A stretch of DNA of 64,000 nt. It comes from Bacteroidaceae bacterium (GTDB lineage: Bacteria > Bacteroidota > Bacteroidia > Bacteroidales > Bacteroidaceae). The first letter of the stretch is position 1. Each line of letters begins with the position of its first letter. The position numbers and the translations under genes were made by a program. Of this stretch, positions 8,870 to 17,434 are shown piece by piece. The stretch is taken from contig JAGAAZ010000055.1 of the NCBI GenBank assembly GCA_017614895.1, positions 1,658 through 65,657 of the forward strand. Direction: 5' to 3'. The notes under the pieces were generated by a model. The model had not been told where the DNA came from, made no database searches, and worked only from the letters and a program-made list of their open reading frames with translations.

Positions 8870-9637
8870 TTATTTATACTTATTCTTTTTCTTTCCCGTT
8901 CCCATCAGCATGGAGAGCTGTGGGTTGAGCGTTGAGCATTGAGCGTTTTCGTTATCGTTATTGTTAGAATTATTCCCTGCCAAGATAATCACGATTTCGC
9001 CCAGCGGTTCCGTATGTTCAAAGTGTGTCAGCACCTCTTTCAGCGTCCCCCTTACATGCTCCTCATGCAACTTAGAGATTTCCCTCGCCACACTCACCTG
9101 CCGTTCCTCGCCAAACACCTCCACAAACTGCTGAAGGGTCTTCACCAATCGTCGTGGTGACTCATAGAACACGATGCTACGTGTCTCCTCCTTCAATGCC
9201 TCAAGCCTCGACTGCCGTCCTTTCTTCTGAGGCAAGAAACCTTCGAAACAAAACTTGTCGCAAGGCAATCCGCTGCTCACTAAAGCTGGCACGAACGCTG
9301 TTGCACCAGGCAAGGTCTGCACCTCAATGCCCTGCTTCACACACTCTCTCACCAACAGAAATCCCGGGTCGCTGATACCTGGAGTACCCGCATCGCTGAT
9401 GAGCGCTGCCGTCTCTCCACCCACCAAGCGTCTGACCACCTGCTGCACCGTCTCGTGTTCGTTGAACTTGTGGTGCGACAGCAACTCTGCATGGATGTCG
9501 TAATGCTGCAACAACACACTGGAAGTGCGGGTGTCCTCCGCCAATATGAAATCAGCCTCTTTCAGCACTCGCACAGCTCTGAAGGTCATATCCTCCAGAT
9601 TTCCCACAGGGGTCGGCACAACATATAATGTTCCCAT
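8870..9637 (-). CDS. rsmI: 16S rRNA (cytidine1402-2'-O)-methyltransferase
   Basis: N-terminus GTLYVVPTPVGNLEDMTFRAVRVLKEADFILAEDTR is the RsmI/tetrapyrrole-methylase signature. The last ~35 aa (NNSNNNDNENAQCSTLNPQLSMLMGTGKKKNKYK) look like read-through into a heptamer repeat. Confidence 0.88.
   Translation of the reverse strand: MGTLYVVPTPVGNLEDMTFRAVRVLKEADFILAEDTRTSSVLLQHYDIHAELLSHHKFNEHETVQQVVRRLVGGETAALISDAGTPGISDPGFLLVRECVKQGIEVQTLPGATAFVPALVSSGLPCDKFCFEGFLPQKKGRQSRLEALKEETRSIVFYESPRRLVKTLQQFVEVFGEERQVSVAREISKLHEEHVRGTLKEVLTHFEHTEPLGEIVIILAGNNSNNNDNENAQCSTLNPQLSMLMGTGKKKNKYK
8924..8947. repeat. Tandem heptads GTTGAGC GTTGAGC ATTGAGC GTT
   Basis: Read directly. Lies inside the 3' tail of the rsmI ORF. 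Confidence 0.8.
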
Positions 9638-9783
9638 TCAACGCAGATTTACGATGCAAAAGTAGAAATAAAAAACATCACAACGTGAATTTTGTCCTCA
9701 AAAACAACTTTTTTTCACACAATCAGGCACAAAACAACATTTTTTTACGTATCTTCGTGGCTAAAATATTCAATCAACATAAT

Positions 9784-10890
9784 ATGAAGACAAAGACATT
9801 CACCTTCGACCGCGTGGTGCGCATCCTCATCAGTATCGTCATCATGATAGCTGCTTACCTGCTGATTCAGCGGTTGAGCAGTGTGCTCATTCCCTTCCTT
9901 GTGGCGTGGCTCATTGCCTATCTGCTCTACCCTATCGTCACATTCATTCAATATAAATGCCGCGTGAAGTCGCGCATCCTCAGCATCATCATCACGGTGC
10001 TGCTCATCGTGGGCATCATTGTGGGAGGAGGTTATCTCATCATGCCTCCCATCCTTGAGGAAATGACACATGTGAAAGACATCGTTGTAGAGTATTTCAG
10101 TACTGACTCGACGGTCGCCTCTGTGTCAGGAGAGGTACAGAACTTCATCAAGCGGAATATCGACATCAACGAACTCACGAAAGCGTTGACGGTGCAGGAT
10201 GTATCGCAATTCGTAGAAGAGAAGGTGCCACAGTTCTTCTCCTTCATCAGCAGCAGCGTGAGTGCCATCGTAGGCTTTATTGCCTCGCTCATCGCCATCA
10301 TCTACCTGTTCTTCATCTTGGTGGATTATGAATTGATGGCTGAGGGACTCTTCAAGTTGGTGCCCAAAGGTAAACGGAGCATCGTTCACGACATCATGAT
10401 GGACTTGCAGAAAGGCATGAATGGCTATTTCCGAGGACAAGCCATCATTGCGATGTGTGTGGGCATCCTCTTCTCCATCGGTTTCCTGATCATCGGACTT
10501 CCGTTAGCCATTCCCCTCGGACTCTTCATCGGGTTCCTCAACCTTGTCCCCTATTTGCAGGTCATCGGTTTCATTCCCACCATCATCCTAGCACTGCTGA
10601 AAGCTTACGACACAGGACAGAGTTTTTGGGGCATCATCCTCTCTGCCCTCATTGTGTTCGCTGTGGTGCAAGCCATTCAGGACTGGGTACTCACACCACG
10701 CATTATGGGTAAGGTGACAGGACTCAATGCCGCAGTCATCCTTTTGTCCCTCTCCATCTGGGGCAGTTTGCTGGGTTTCGTGGGACTCATTGTCGCCCTG
10801 CCTCTCACCACCCTCATCGTATCTTATTATAAAAGATATGTATTGGAAGAGCCAGAGGAAGAGGAGGGAAATCCACAAAAAGAGGAATAA
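9784..10890 (+). CDS. AI-2E family (PerM/UPF0118) transporter
   Basis: The ORF track gives 9628-10890. I start it at the ATG at 9784 (MKTKTFTFDRVV), which removes the overlap with rsmI. Multi-pass membrane protein with a typical AI-2E layout and an acidic C-terminal tail. Confidence 0.82.
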   Translation: MKTKTFTFDRVVRILISIVIMIAAYLLIQRLSSVLIPFLVAWLIAYLLYPIVTFIQYKCRVKSRILSIIITVLLIVGIIVGGGYLIMPPILEEMTHVKDIVVEYFSTDSTVASVSGEVQNFIKRNIDINELTKALTVQDVSQFVEEKVPQFFSFISSSVSAIVGFIASLIAIIYLFFILVDYELMAEGLFKLVPKGKRSIVHDIMMDLQKGMNGYFRGQAIIAMCVGILFSIGFLIIGLPLAIPLGLFIGFLNLVPYLQVIGFIPTIILALLKAYDTGQSFWGIILSALIVFAVVQAIQDWVLTPRIMGKVTGLNAAVILLSLSIWGSLLGFVGLIVALPLTTLIVSYYKRYVLEEPEEEEGNPQKEE

Positions 10891-10936
10891 TCATCAAAAA
10901 AACGCACTTTTATTTTGTAGTGTCTAAAAAATGCAC

Positions 10937-10944
10937 TACCTTTG
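10937..10944 (+). promoter_or_regulatory. -7 box TACCTTTG for tRNA-Lys
   Basis: TAnnTTTG 76 nt upstream of the tRNA 5' end. The leader contains a 9-bp stem, GCTTACGGA (10950-10958) pairing with TCCGTAAGC (11001-11009). Confidence 0.45.
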
Positions 10945-11019
10945 CACCCGCTTACGGAAAACGACAGGTGTAAAAACCCTGTTTCCAATGCCCAATCATC
11001 TCCGTAAGCTTATTAGGTA

Positions 11020-11092
11020 GATCCGCTAGCTCAGTAGGTAGAGCACAACACTTTTAATGTTGGGGTCTTGGGTTCGAGCCCCAAGCGGATCA
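11020..11092 (+). tRNA. tRNA-Lys (anticodon TTT)
   Basis: Cloverleaf read by eye: acceptor GATCCGC/GCGGATC, D arm GCTC-AGTAGGTA-GAGC, anticodon stem CAACA/TGTTG with loop CTTTTAA, T arm TTGGG-TTCGAGC-CCCAA. No encoded CCA. Confidence 0.9.
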
Positions 11093-11103
11093 CACAAGAA
11101 AAT

Positions 11104-11135
11104 CGCAAGCAGCTAAACAGTTGCTTGCGTTTTTC
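11104..11135 (+). terminator. Intrinsic terminator after tRNA-Lys
   Basis: Stem CGCAAGCA / TGCTTGCG followed by TTTTT. Confidence 0.6.
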
Positions 11136-11196
11136 GTTGAACTCTTTCTCGCGAATTTTGTTGCATGTTTTTGTTATTTTCTTTCAGGAGTAGCCT

Positions 11197-11227
11197 ATTG
11201 TAACCTATTTGTAAATAATTGTAACCT
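11197..11227 (+). repeat. Direct repeat ATTGTAACCT x2 (21-nt spacing) upstream of the 1205-aa gene promoter
   Basis: Copies at 11197-11206 and 11218-11227, 30-60 nt upstream of the -7 box. Confidence 0.6.
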
Positions 11228-11256
11228 GTGAAAAAATCGTTCCACACCACATTTCC

Positions 11257-11264
11257 TAACTTTG
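11257..11264 (+). promoter_or_regulatory. -7 box TAACTTTG for the 1205-aa protein gene
   Basis: TAnnTTTG 65 nt upstream of the ATG at 11329. Confidence 0.5.
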
Positions 11265-11328
11265 CAACCGAAATCATTTACACCAATTTTTTCTTATTTA
11301 ATAATTTATTTACCAATAACTTTTCGTT

Positions 11329-14300
11329 ATGAAGAAATTCAACTTATTGATTGCGTTAGGTCTGATGTTCGCTGCTTCCATGCAGGCACAGACCACGATT
11401 GCATCGGTCGGTTTTGAACCAAGCGACGCAAAGTACACGACTTCATGGGCTTACACCCCTGGCGGTACTTATGGTAACTGGGTGAACAAACAGGCTGGCG
11501 ACGAATGGACTGAACCTTATAATAAGGAAAGTCATTCTGGTGAGTACTGTTTCCAGATGGAGAACGATGACCAAGTAGTGGGTAACACTTGGGATCGTGG
11601 ATTCGTGATGGGTAACATTCCTCTGAACAACAACACGAGTTACCGTGTGAGTTTCTGGGTGAAGGCTGATGAGACATACCCCAACTATGACACGGGCGAA
11701 GAACCTCTGCGTCACATCAAGTCTTCCATCAATGTGGGTCGTGAATATTGCGACATGCCTATCACTACACCTACAGGCTTGCAATATCTTTACAACTTCA
11801 CAGGCTTCAATGGTGAATGGAAACACGTTTCATACATGGTGTATTTCTCCAACAAAGAAGACCTGGACAAATATTCCCTGAACTATTCAGGTCAGGCATA
11901 TCCAGATGGAACGATTGCATGGCCATGGGACACGCCACTTCCAGAAGAGTACTTCCTGATCATCAACATGTATAACCCAGGTGAATATCTGTTGGATGAC
12001 ATCAAGATTGAAGAGGGTGTCACTTTCAACGAGGCAACATTCGGTTCTAATGGTATCAAGCTGGATTTCGGCTATCCAACCAACATTGCTGATTTGGCGA
12101 AGAATAATGAAAAGGGCATGATTTCCCTGCCCACATCTTGTGTATCTGTCACAGTGAACGGCACAGCTGTTCCTGCTGAGTACGTGGAAGGAAAGAAGGA
12201 CGGTTATCTATACATATTCTTTAAAGAAGGTGTTGAGTTGAAAGCAACTGACAAGGTGTCTGTTAGCTTCACACCCGCTGACGATTGCCCCATCATATAC
12301 AATCACGCCAAGCGTCCAAGTGCCGACGTGGAGAGTGAAATGAAGGTGCTGGGCTTCACCAACGAAACAGCTTATTTTGACGCCGCTGTTGACGATGTAC
12401 TCCCATTCGTATGGGGTGAACCAAGATTGGTTTCTTCTAATCCGGAGAATGACAGCTTTGAATTGGATCCAGCAAAGTTCAATAATATTTCTCTGACTTA
12501 TGACCGTGAACTGAACATTGACAATGTATTTGCCGTGTTGTCGTACAATGACAACTTCGGTTATCACTCTATCGACGTGGGTGACAACCTGTCACTGTCT
12601 GCCGACAAGAAGACGCTCAACATCGCAGTTTCTGGTTTGGGTGAATACGAGTACACACTGACCGTTTCTGACGTGGCAAACACGCATGGTGTTTTCATAT
12701 CAGAGGAGCAATCCATTTCATTTGCATTGGGTAAAGACACTGATGATTCAGGTTCTGAGATTGTCTATGCATCAGACTTCGACAACGACATGACGGGTGG
12801 TATTCCTGTGGGCTGGTTGACTAAATCGGAGAACATGACCGATGGAGTAGCTGTGGAGCAGATTCACGAATATGGCTTCAACGACGAGGCTCGCACCTCA
12901 CAGTACAACTATAACTGGGGCGGAACTCCTGGTGGTGGTGGCTCACGTCTCTATGACGGTTTCACGGGCGATTTCCAGAAGGCTATGTATTGGGGTAGCC
13001 GTTCCACGAACCTGGGCTATGCAGAATATGGTTCTTTGGTTCGAGACTATCTTGTGGACGGTGTTTTGCCAGAGGATGCTCCAGAAGGCATCGCCTTGAA
13101 GCTTGAACCTCGCAAATATCAGATCAGTTTCTTGATGGCTGCATGGAAGAATGAGCCAAAGTTCACTTTCACACTTGAAGACCTCGATGGTAATGTCTAT
13201 GCAAAATTTGTGGACTATATCGCAGCTCCTACTTGTGCCGATAATGATGGTAACAGATTGAATGGCGGTAAGGTAACAGGTTCTGTATTGTGTCAGGCAG
13301 ACTTTACTGTAGATAAGGAAGGCTATTATGTGCTCCGCTTCACGTCAGCTGAAGCTACTTGGCAGGAATTCCTTCTCGCCAACGTGAAACTCATCACAAT
13401 GCCATCGAAGGCAGCTTATTGGCGTCAGCAGTTGAATGAAACTTTGGAGGCTGTGATGCCTACTTTCGATGAGGTAAAGAATGACAGCGAATACGACGGT
13501 GACACCAAGAAAGCATTTGTGGCAGCTATTGCTAAGGCTCAGGCAGGAGGATTCACTTCTGGCACCCAAATTCAGGCAGTCATCGATGAATTGAAGGAGT
13601 TGGAGGCGAAGATGAGAGTTCGTATTGACAACATTGACAACTATGACATCAACCTGATTGAGGCACAGGCAGTCATTACTAATCTGGATAAGAAATATCT
13701 TGGTTCTGAGCTCGTGAAGGAAGCACAGTCCATCATTGACAAATATGCGAAGATTGATCCAAAGACACTCTCTGATGAAGAACTGGCTACTGCTACTCTT
13801 GACCTGACTGGTGCTGCTGGTTTGGTGAAGGACGCTCAGAACGTCATTGATTACCTCGCTTATGGTGTGAACAAGGCTGCTGATACAGCAGAGAAACTGG
13901 GTGTTGTGGATGATAACGTAGCTAAGGGTCACGCTGCAACTTCTGACGACAGAAGCTTGGCTACAGCCCTGAATGCACAGGCAACCCTCGAACTCTATAA
14001 GAAGATTGCTGCTAAGGCTGACCTCTCTTCCATTTCTGTCAAGATTTACGACACGAATGTAACGGATGAAGACTTTGACGAAACCGATCCAGAATCTGCG
14101 GCTACACATGACGAATACGGTCATCCATTGATGGCTTCCGGTATTGATTTCACAGGTCTGGTTCAGAATCCTAACTTCTACACCACTTCAACAGATGCAA
14201 GCAAGGTTGACTTCACAGGTTGGACACTGGAAACCTTCAAGAAGTACGACGAGGCTGGTGAGCTCGTTTCTGAAGGCTCTGCCAAGATGACAACAGCTGC

Positions 14301-14946
14301 AGCTGCTGCACATCCAGTTGTGGTGGCTTCCCTCAATGCTTATGGTTCAAGTGCTGAATACAAGTTCTATCAGACCATTGAGACGCTCCCTGTAGGTGTT
14401 TACACCATCTGTCTCGGCTCACGTACAGCCCAAAAGAACCAAGCTGACGATGAAGGCAACTATGGCGTGTTCAATGCTCAGAATGAAGCTGGCATTTGGG
14501 ATAAGTATATCTACGCTCAGGTGGGTGACGAAACACCAAGCATGGTTCCATTCGCAGTGGGTGGCAATACGGGCTCTGGATTCCCAACATACATCTACAA
14601 AGTCACTGTGAAGGAAGGTCAGAAACTCACCATCGGTGCAGTCGAGAACTACACTTCCGGTAAGGCTTCTGGTCATAACTGGGATGCAGAAGCTGGTGCT
14701 TACGAGCCAAAGGACTTCTGGGACACCAACACGTATGTAAGAGACGCTCAGATCTTCTTCACAGCTCCTCTCGAAGGCTATGACTATGCAGCAGCAGCTG
14801 ACGCTCTGGCCAAGGACATCGAGACTGGCATCGAGACCGTTGAAAACGCTCCTGCCCAGAAGGATGGCAAGTACTTCATCAATGGCAAGATTGTCATCGT
14901 GAAAGATGGCGTGAAGTACAACGTGGCAGGACTGACCATCGAATAG
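11329..14946 (+). CDS. Large secreted/cell-surface protein, function unknown (CBM-like ends, helical middle)
   Basis: 1205-aa ORF. Signal peptide MKKFNLLIALGLMFAASMQAQT. The N- and C-terminal thirds are beta-rich and resemble CBM4/9-type modules. The central ~250 aa is Ala/Lys/Glu-rich and helical. A short C-terminal beta tail (KYFINGKIVIVKDGVKYNVAGLTIE) may be a sorting signal. Confidence 0.85.
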   Translation: MKKFNLLIALGLMFAASMQAQTTIASVGFEPSDAKYTTSWAYTPGGTYGNWVNKQAGDEWTEPYNKESHSGEYCFQMENDDQVVGNTWDRGFVMGNIPLNNNTSYRVSFWVKADETYPNYDTGEEPLRHIKSSINVGREYCDMPITTPTGLQYLYNFTGFNGEWKHVSYMVYFSNKEDLDKYSLNYSGQAYPDGTIAWPWDTPLPEEYFLIINMYNPGEYLLDDIKIEEGVTFNEATFGSNGIKLDFGYPTNIADLAKNNEKGMISLPTSCVSVTVNGTAVPAEYVEGKKDGYLYIFFKEGVELKATDKVSVSFTPADDCPIIYNHAKRPSADVESEMKVLGFTNETAYFDAAVDDVLPFVWGEPRLVSSNPENDSFELDPAKFNNISLTYDRELNIDNVFAVLSYNDNFGYHSIDVGDNLSLSADKKTLNIAVSGLGEYEYTLTVSDVANTHGVFISEEQSISFALGKDTDDSGSEIVYASDFDNDMTGGIPVGWLTKSENMTDGVAVEQIHEYGFNDEARTSQYNYNWGGTPGGGGSRLYDGFTGDFQKAMYWGSRSTNLGYAEYGSLVRDYLVDGVLPEDAPEGIALKLEPRKYQISFLMAAWKNEPKFTFTLEDLDGNVYAKFVDYIAAPTCADNDGNRLNGGKVTGSVLCQADFTVDKEGYYVLRFTSAEATWQEFLLANVKLITMPSKAAYWRQQLNETLEAVMPTFDEVKNDSEYDGDTKKAFVAAIAKAQAGGFTSGTQIQAVIDELKELEAKMRVRIDNIDNYDINLIEAQAVITNLDKKYLGSELVKEAQSIIDKYAKIDPKTLSDEELATATLDLTGAAGLVKDAQNVIDYLAYGVNKAADTAEKLGVVDDNVAKGHAATSDDRSLATALNAQATLELYKKIAAKADLSSISVKIYDTNVTDEDFDETDPESAATHDEYGHPLMASGIDFTGLVQNPNFYTTSTDASKVDFTGWTLETFKKYDEAGELVSEGSAKMTTAAAAAHPVVVASLNAYGSSAEYKFYQTIETLPVGVYTICLGSRTAQKNQADDEGNYGVFNAQNEAGIWDKYIYAQVGDETPSMVPFAVGGNTGSGFPTYIYKVTVKEGQKLTIGAVENYTSGKASGHNWDAEAGAYEPKDFWDTNTYVRDAQIFFTAPLEGYDYAAAADALAKDIETGIETVENAPAQKDGKYFINGKIVIVKDGVKYNVAGLTIE

Positions 14947-14973
14947 TATATTTCTCTCATAGCTATTTTTGCA

Positions 14974-15009
14974 GGAAGAGGGTGTGCCGTTTTCGACACA
15001 CCCTCTTCT
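14974..15009 (+). terminator. Hairpin after the 1205-aa gene
   Basis: 12/13-bp stem GGAAGAGGGTGTG / CACACCCTCTTCT, 28 nt after the stop codon. The T-tract is interrupted. Confidence 0.5.
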
Positions 15010-15140
15010 CCTGGCATTTTCATTTCTTTTGTTGATGGATCCCTCATGTAGAAGTGGCAAATGGACACAGAAATGAGGCGAAAAGTGGCATCATCTCATT
15101 TTTTTGAGGTGGACATGGAGTTCTATTTGTTAGTTTTGTA

Positions 15141-15148
15141 TAACTTTG
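15141..15148 (+). promoter_or_regulatory. -7 box TAACTTTG for the DHH lipoprotein gene
   Basis: TAnnTTTG 43 nt upstream of the ATG at 15191. Confidence 0.5.
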
Positions 15149-15190
15149 CGATACAAAGTTCATTTACCAACCATACAATCATTAAGAATT

Positions 15191-16315
15191 ATGACCTACA
15201 TGACAAAGAAAAAGGGCAACCTTTGGATGCTTGCCGCCATCCTGATCATTTGCGGTTCTTTTGTGTTCACATCATGCTCGTCGGATGACGATGTCGTAGA
15301 GGAACAGGGAGCAGCATTTCGCACCACCCTGAAATCACTTGACTGGGGAACGGACACGACCTTCGTGTTTGGTCACAAAATACCTGACGTGGATGCTGTC
15401 TGTTCGTCGTTGGCCTATGCTAAACTGATGAGGGCATTGGGCTACAACTGCAAAGCAAAGGTGTCGAGTGCACCCAATCGCGAGACTGTCTTTATTGCAG
15501 GTTTGTTTGGCTTTGCCCTTCCTGAGTTGAAGAGCAGTGTGGCGCCGAAGACACGTCTGATTCTCACCGACCATACCGACTATGCCCAGTGTGTGGACGG
15601 TGCCAAGGAAGCCATCATCCTGCAGAAGATAGACCACCACGTGGAGGGTGACATTCTGGACAGCAGCATCCCCTACGTGCGCAGAGAGATGATAGGAGCA
15701 ACCTGCACCATCATCTACGAGATGTACAAGGAGCTGGGTGTCAACATCGACGATGAGACCGCCAAGATATTGCTTGCAGGATTGCTGTCGGACACACGCA
15801 ATCTCACCAAAATCAGCACACAGCGTGAGGACTCCGTGGTGTGGACGGCACTGGTAACCCAATTGCATTTGGAGGACAAAGTGGCAGAGATTAGCCGACA
15901 AATGTCCGAGGCCGACAAAAATTTCGATGGCATGAGCGATAGCGAGATATTTCTCTCCGACTATAAGGAATATGACATGGGCGGTAAGGCGATCGGTATC
16001 GCGTCGTTGGAGTGCATGGCAAGCGATATGGAGGACTTTATCAACCGTATGCAGGCTGTGATGCCCCAAGTGATGAGCGACAACAAACGCGACATGGTGT
16101 TTGCCAAGATTGACAATCGTGTGCCTAATCCGGACGAGAGCAATCCTGACGAGCTTTTTGTGGACGACGGCACCTACCTCATCTTCTACGGCGAAGGCGC
16201 TAAGACTGTTGCCGAGACCATCTACGGCCCGTCACTCCCTGAAGGTGTCATCTACTCCAAAGAAAAAATATCCCGTAAACCGATGGTGGCTGAATTACAA
16301 AAAATACTGCAGTAA
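15191..16315 (+). CDS. Exported DHH/DHHA2 phosphoesterase (family II pyrophosphatase-like) lipoprotein
   Basis: Started at the ATG at 15191 (MTYMTKKKGNLWMLAAILIICGSFVFTSC, lipobox). PpaC-like motifs GHKIPDVDAV, LTDHTD, KIDHHV, GATCTII, LSDTRNL, and the DHHA2 segment DYKEYDMGGKAIGIASL. Confidence 0.8.
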   Translation: MTYMTKKKGNLWMLAAILIICGSFVFTSCSSDDDVVEEQGAAFRTTLKSLDWGTDTTFVFGHKIPDVDAVCSSLAYAKLMRALGYNCKAKVSSAPNRETVFIAGLFGFALPELKSSVAPKTRLILTDHTDYAQCVDGAKEAIILQKIDHHVEGDILDSSIPYVRREMIGATCTIIYEMYKELGVNIDDETAKILLAGLLSDTRNLTKISTQREDSVVWTALVTQLHLEDKVAEISRQMSEADKNFDGMSDSEIFLSDYKEYDMGGKAIGIASLECMASDMEDFINRMQAVMPQVMSDNKRDMVFAKIDNRVPNPDESNPDELFVDDGTYLIFYGEGAKTVAETIYGPSLPEGVIYSKEKISRKPMVAELQKILQ

Positions 16316-16348
16316 CACAACGGCAAAGTTACAAAAAATCTCCCGCAT

Positions 16349-17071
16349 TCACAAGAATACGGGATTTGTAATTTCACCATAGCTTTTAGCTGCCTTTTGG
16401 AGGGCTTCCCCAGTGGTGTATTGCTGGTATAGCGTGCAGCGGGTTACGATGGTTTGTGCCGAACAGCGGTCATCAATCACACGTACTAGTGCCCATCCCT
16501 TCATCTCGTCAGCAAACTCCTCACCAATCAGTACGTAATGTTCGTCCACAACGGTCATCTCATTCCATAACACTTCGCGCATACTGAACCGCACACGTGG
16601 TACACCTCCCGTTTCCTGTATGGCGGTATAAAGCCACAGCTTCTCGTGAAAAAGTCGTTCGTCTGCCTTAAGGTCGGTTATCAATGCAGCGACGCCGTTC
16701 ACTTCACCTATTTGTTGCTGTATCGTAGGCAGTGTGCCGTCACTCATCGGAATTCCAGGCATCAGAAATGATGCGTGATCATATAACTTATCCACATATA
16801 CCACTGGCAATCGGTTGGCCAATGACATGAAGTTGTTGTAGGCAGTCGGACGCTGTGTAAACATCGTTTTACAATTCTTCAGCATCGTCCACAGTGCTAC
16901 TGAGTGCCGCATCTTCTGTCGCTGCACAAACTGTGGCATAGTGTTACTGCGTTTCTGGTTCGAATTAGCTGACCGGGTAATTAATTTCCCCTGTTTCAGG
17001 TAGGTCGTTATTCCGGATGTACGAAGACTACCCACCATCATCAATCCTTTACTTGTACTTTTCTTTTTCAT
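16349..17071 (-). CDS. Hypothetical protein
   Basis: 240-aa ORF with a basic N-terminus (KGLMMVGSLRTSGITTYLKQGKLITRSANSNQKRSN) loosely reminiscent of Bacteroidota DUF6266-type proteins. The nearest TAnnTTTG box is ~260 nt upstream (17332-17339). Confidence 0.62.
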   Translation of the reverse strand: MKKKSTSKGLMMVGSLRTSGITTYLKQGKLITRSANSNQKRSNTMPQFVQRQKMRHSVALWTMLKNCKTMFTQRPTAYNNFMSLANRLPVVYVDKLYDHASFLMPGIPMSDGTLPTIQQQIGEVNGVAALITDLKADERLFHEKLWLYTAIQETGGVPRVRFSMREVLWNEMTVVDEHYVLIGEEFADEMKGWALVRVIDDRCSAQTIVTRCTLYQQYTTGEALQKAAKSYGEITNPVFL

Positions 17072-17130
17072 ATGAAAAATCTTTTATCTATGTCATCTAT
17101 TACTATACCATTCCTTCGCTCTTTGTTCGT

Positions 17131-17280
17131 AGTAGCATCGATGTACCTTCTATTCTTGTCCGTTTGAAATACGTTCTTTTATCGTCTCAAGCCCGTCTGT
17201 TCTTCGATATTGAATCGGACAACAATCGAACATCAATCGAACAACAAACGGACAACAATCGAATATCAATCGATGCTACT
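17131..17280. repeat. Composite repeat: 36-nt imperfect inverted repeat plus tandem duplication of one arm, with phased CAATCGA heptamers
   Basis: The left arm (17131-17166) is 30/36 complementary to the right arm (17245-17280). Direct repeats at 17216-17241 and 17249-17274 match at 24/26. CAATCGA occurs at 17223, 17234, 17256 and 17267. Confidence 0.8.
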
Positions 17281-17331
17281 CCCTTGTTACATTATGGGAA
17301 CACCGAAGCTAAGTCGAATCATCTATGGGTG

Positions 17332-17339
17332 CAAAGATA
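17332..17339 (-). promoter_or_regulatory. -7 box TATCTTTG, probable promoter of the 16349-17071 gene (long leader)
   Basis: Plus strand reads caaagata. It is the only TAnnTTTG match I found between the gene start (17071) and the esterase terminator. Confidence 0.4.
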
Positions 17340-17373
17340 CTCATTTTCTATGTGAAGTACGGCATCTGATATT

Positions 17374-17412
17374 AAAAAAGTTGTCCAGTAGTGGAACATG
17401 ACTACTGGACAA
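17374..17412 (-). terminator. Intrinsic terminator of the esterase gene
   Basis: Perfect 12-bp stem TTGTCCAGTAGT / ACTACTGGACAA. On the minus strand it is followed by CTTTTTT. Lies 22 nt after the stop. Confidence 0.7.
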
Positions 17413-17434
17413 CAATCTTATATGTTATCAGAAC

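Noticed and set aside
9628-9783. The 52-codon extension of the AI-2E transporter ORF overlapping the rsmI start.
   Set aside because: The extension sequence is low complexity and lies in the divergent promoter region. An ATG at 9784 gives a normal N-terminus.
17131-17280. The inverted repeats considered as borders of an invertible (phase-variable) promoter.
   Set aside because: The ~78-bp segment between the arms contains no TAnnTTTG box on either strand. The only box lies outside the repeats, and no recombinase gene is nearby.
17017-17401. The plus-strand ORFs 17017-17355 and 17210-17401 (the latter beginning MNRTTIEHQSNNKRTTIEYQS).
   Set aside because: They are translations of the direct and inverted repeat region, so the peptide repeats merely mirror the DNA repeats. 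There is no promoter or family signal.
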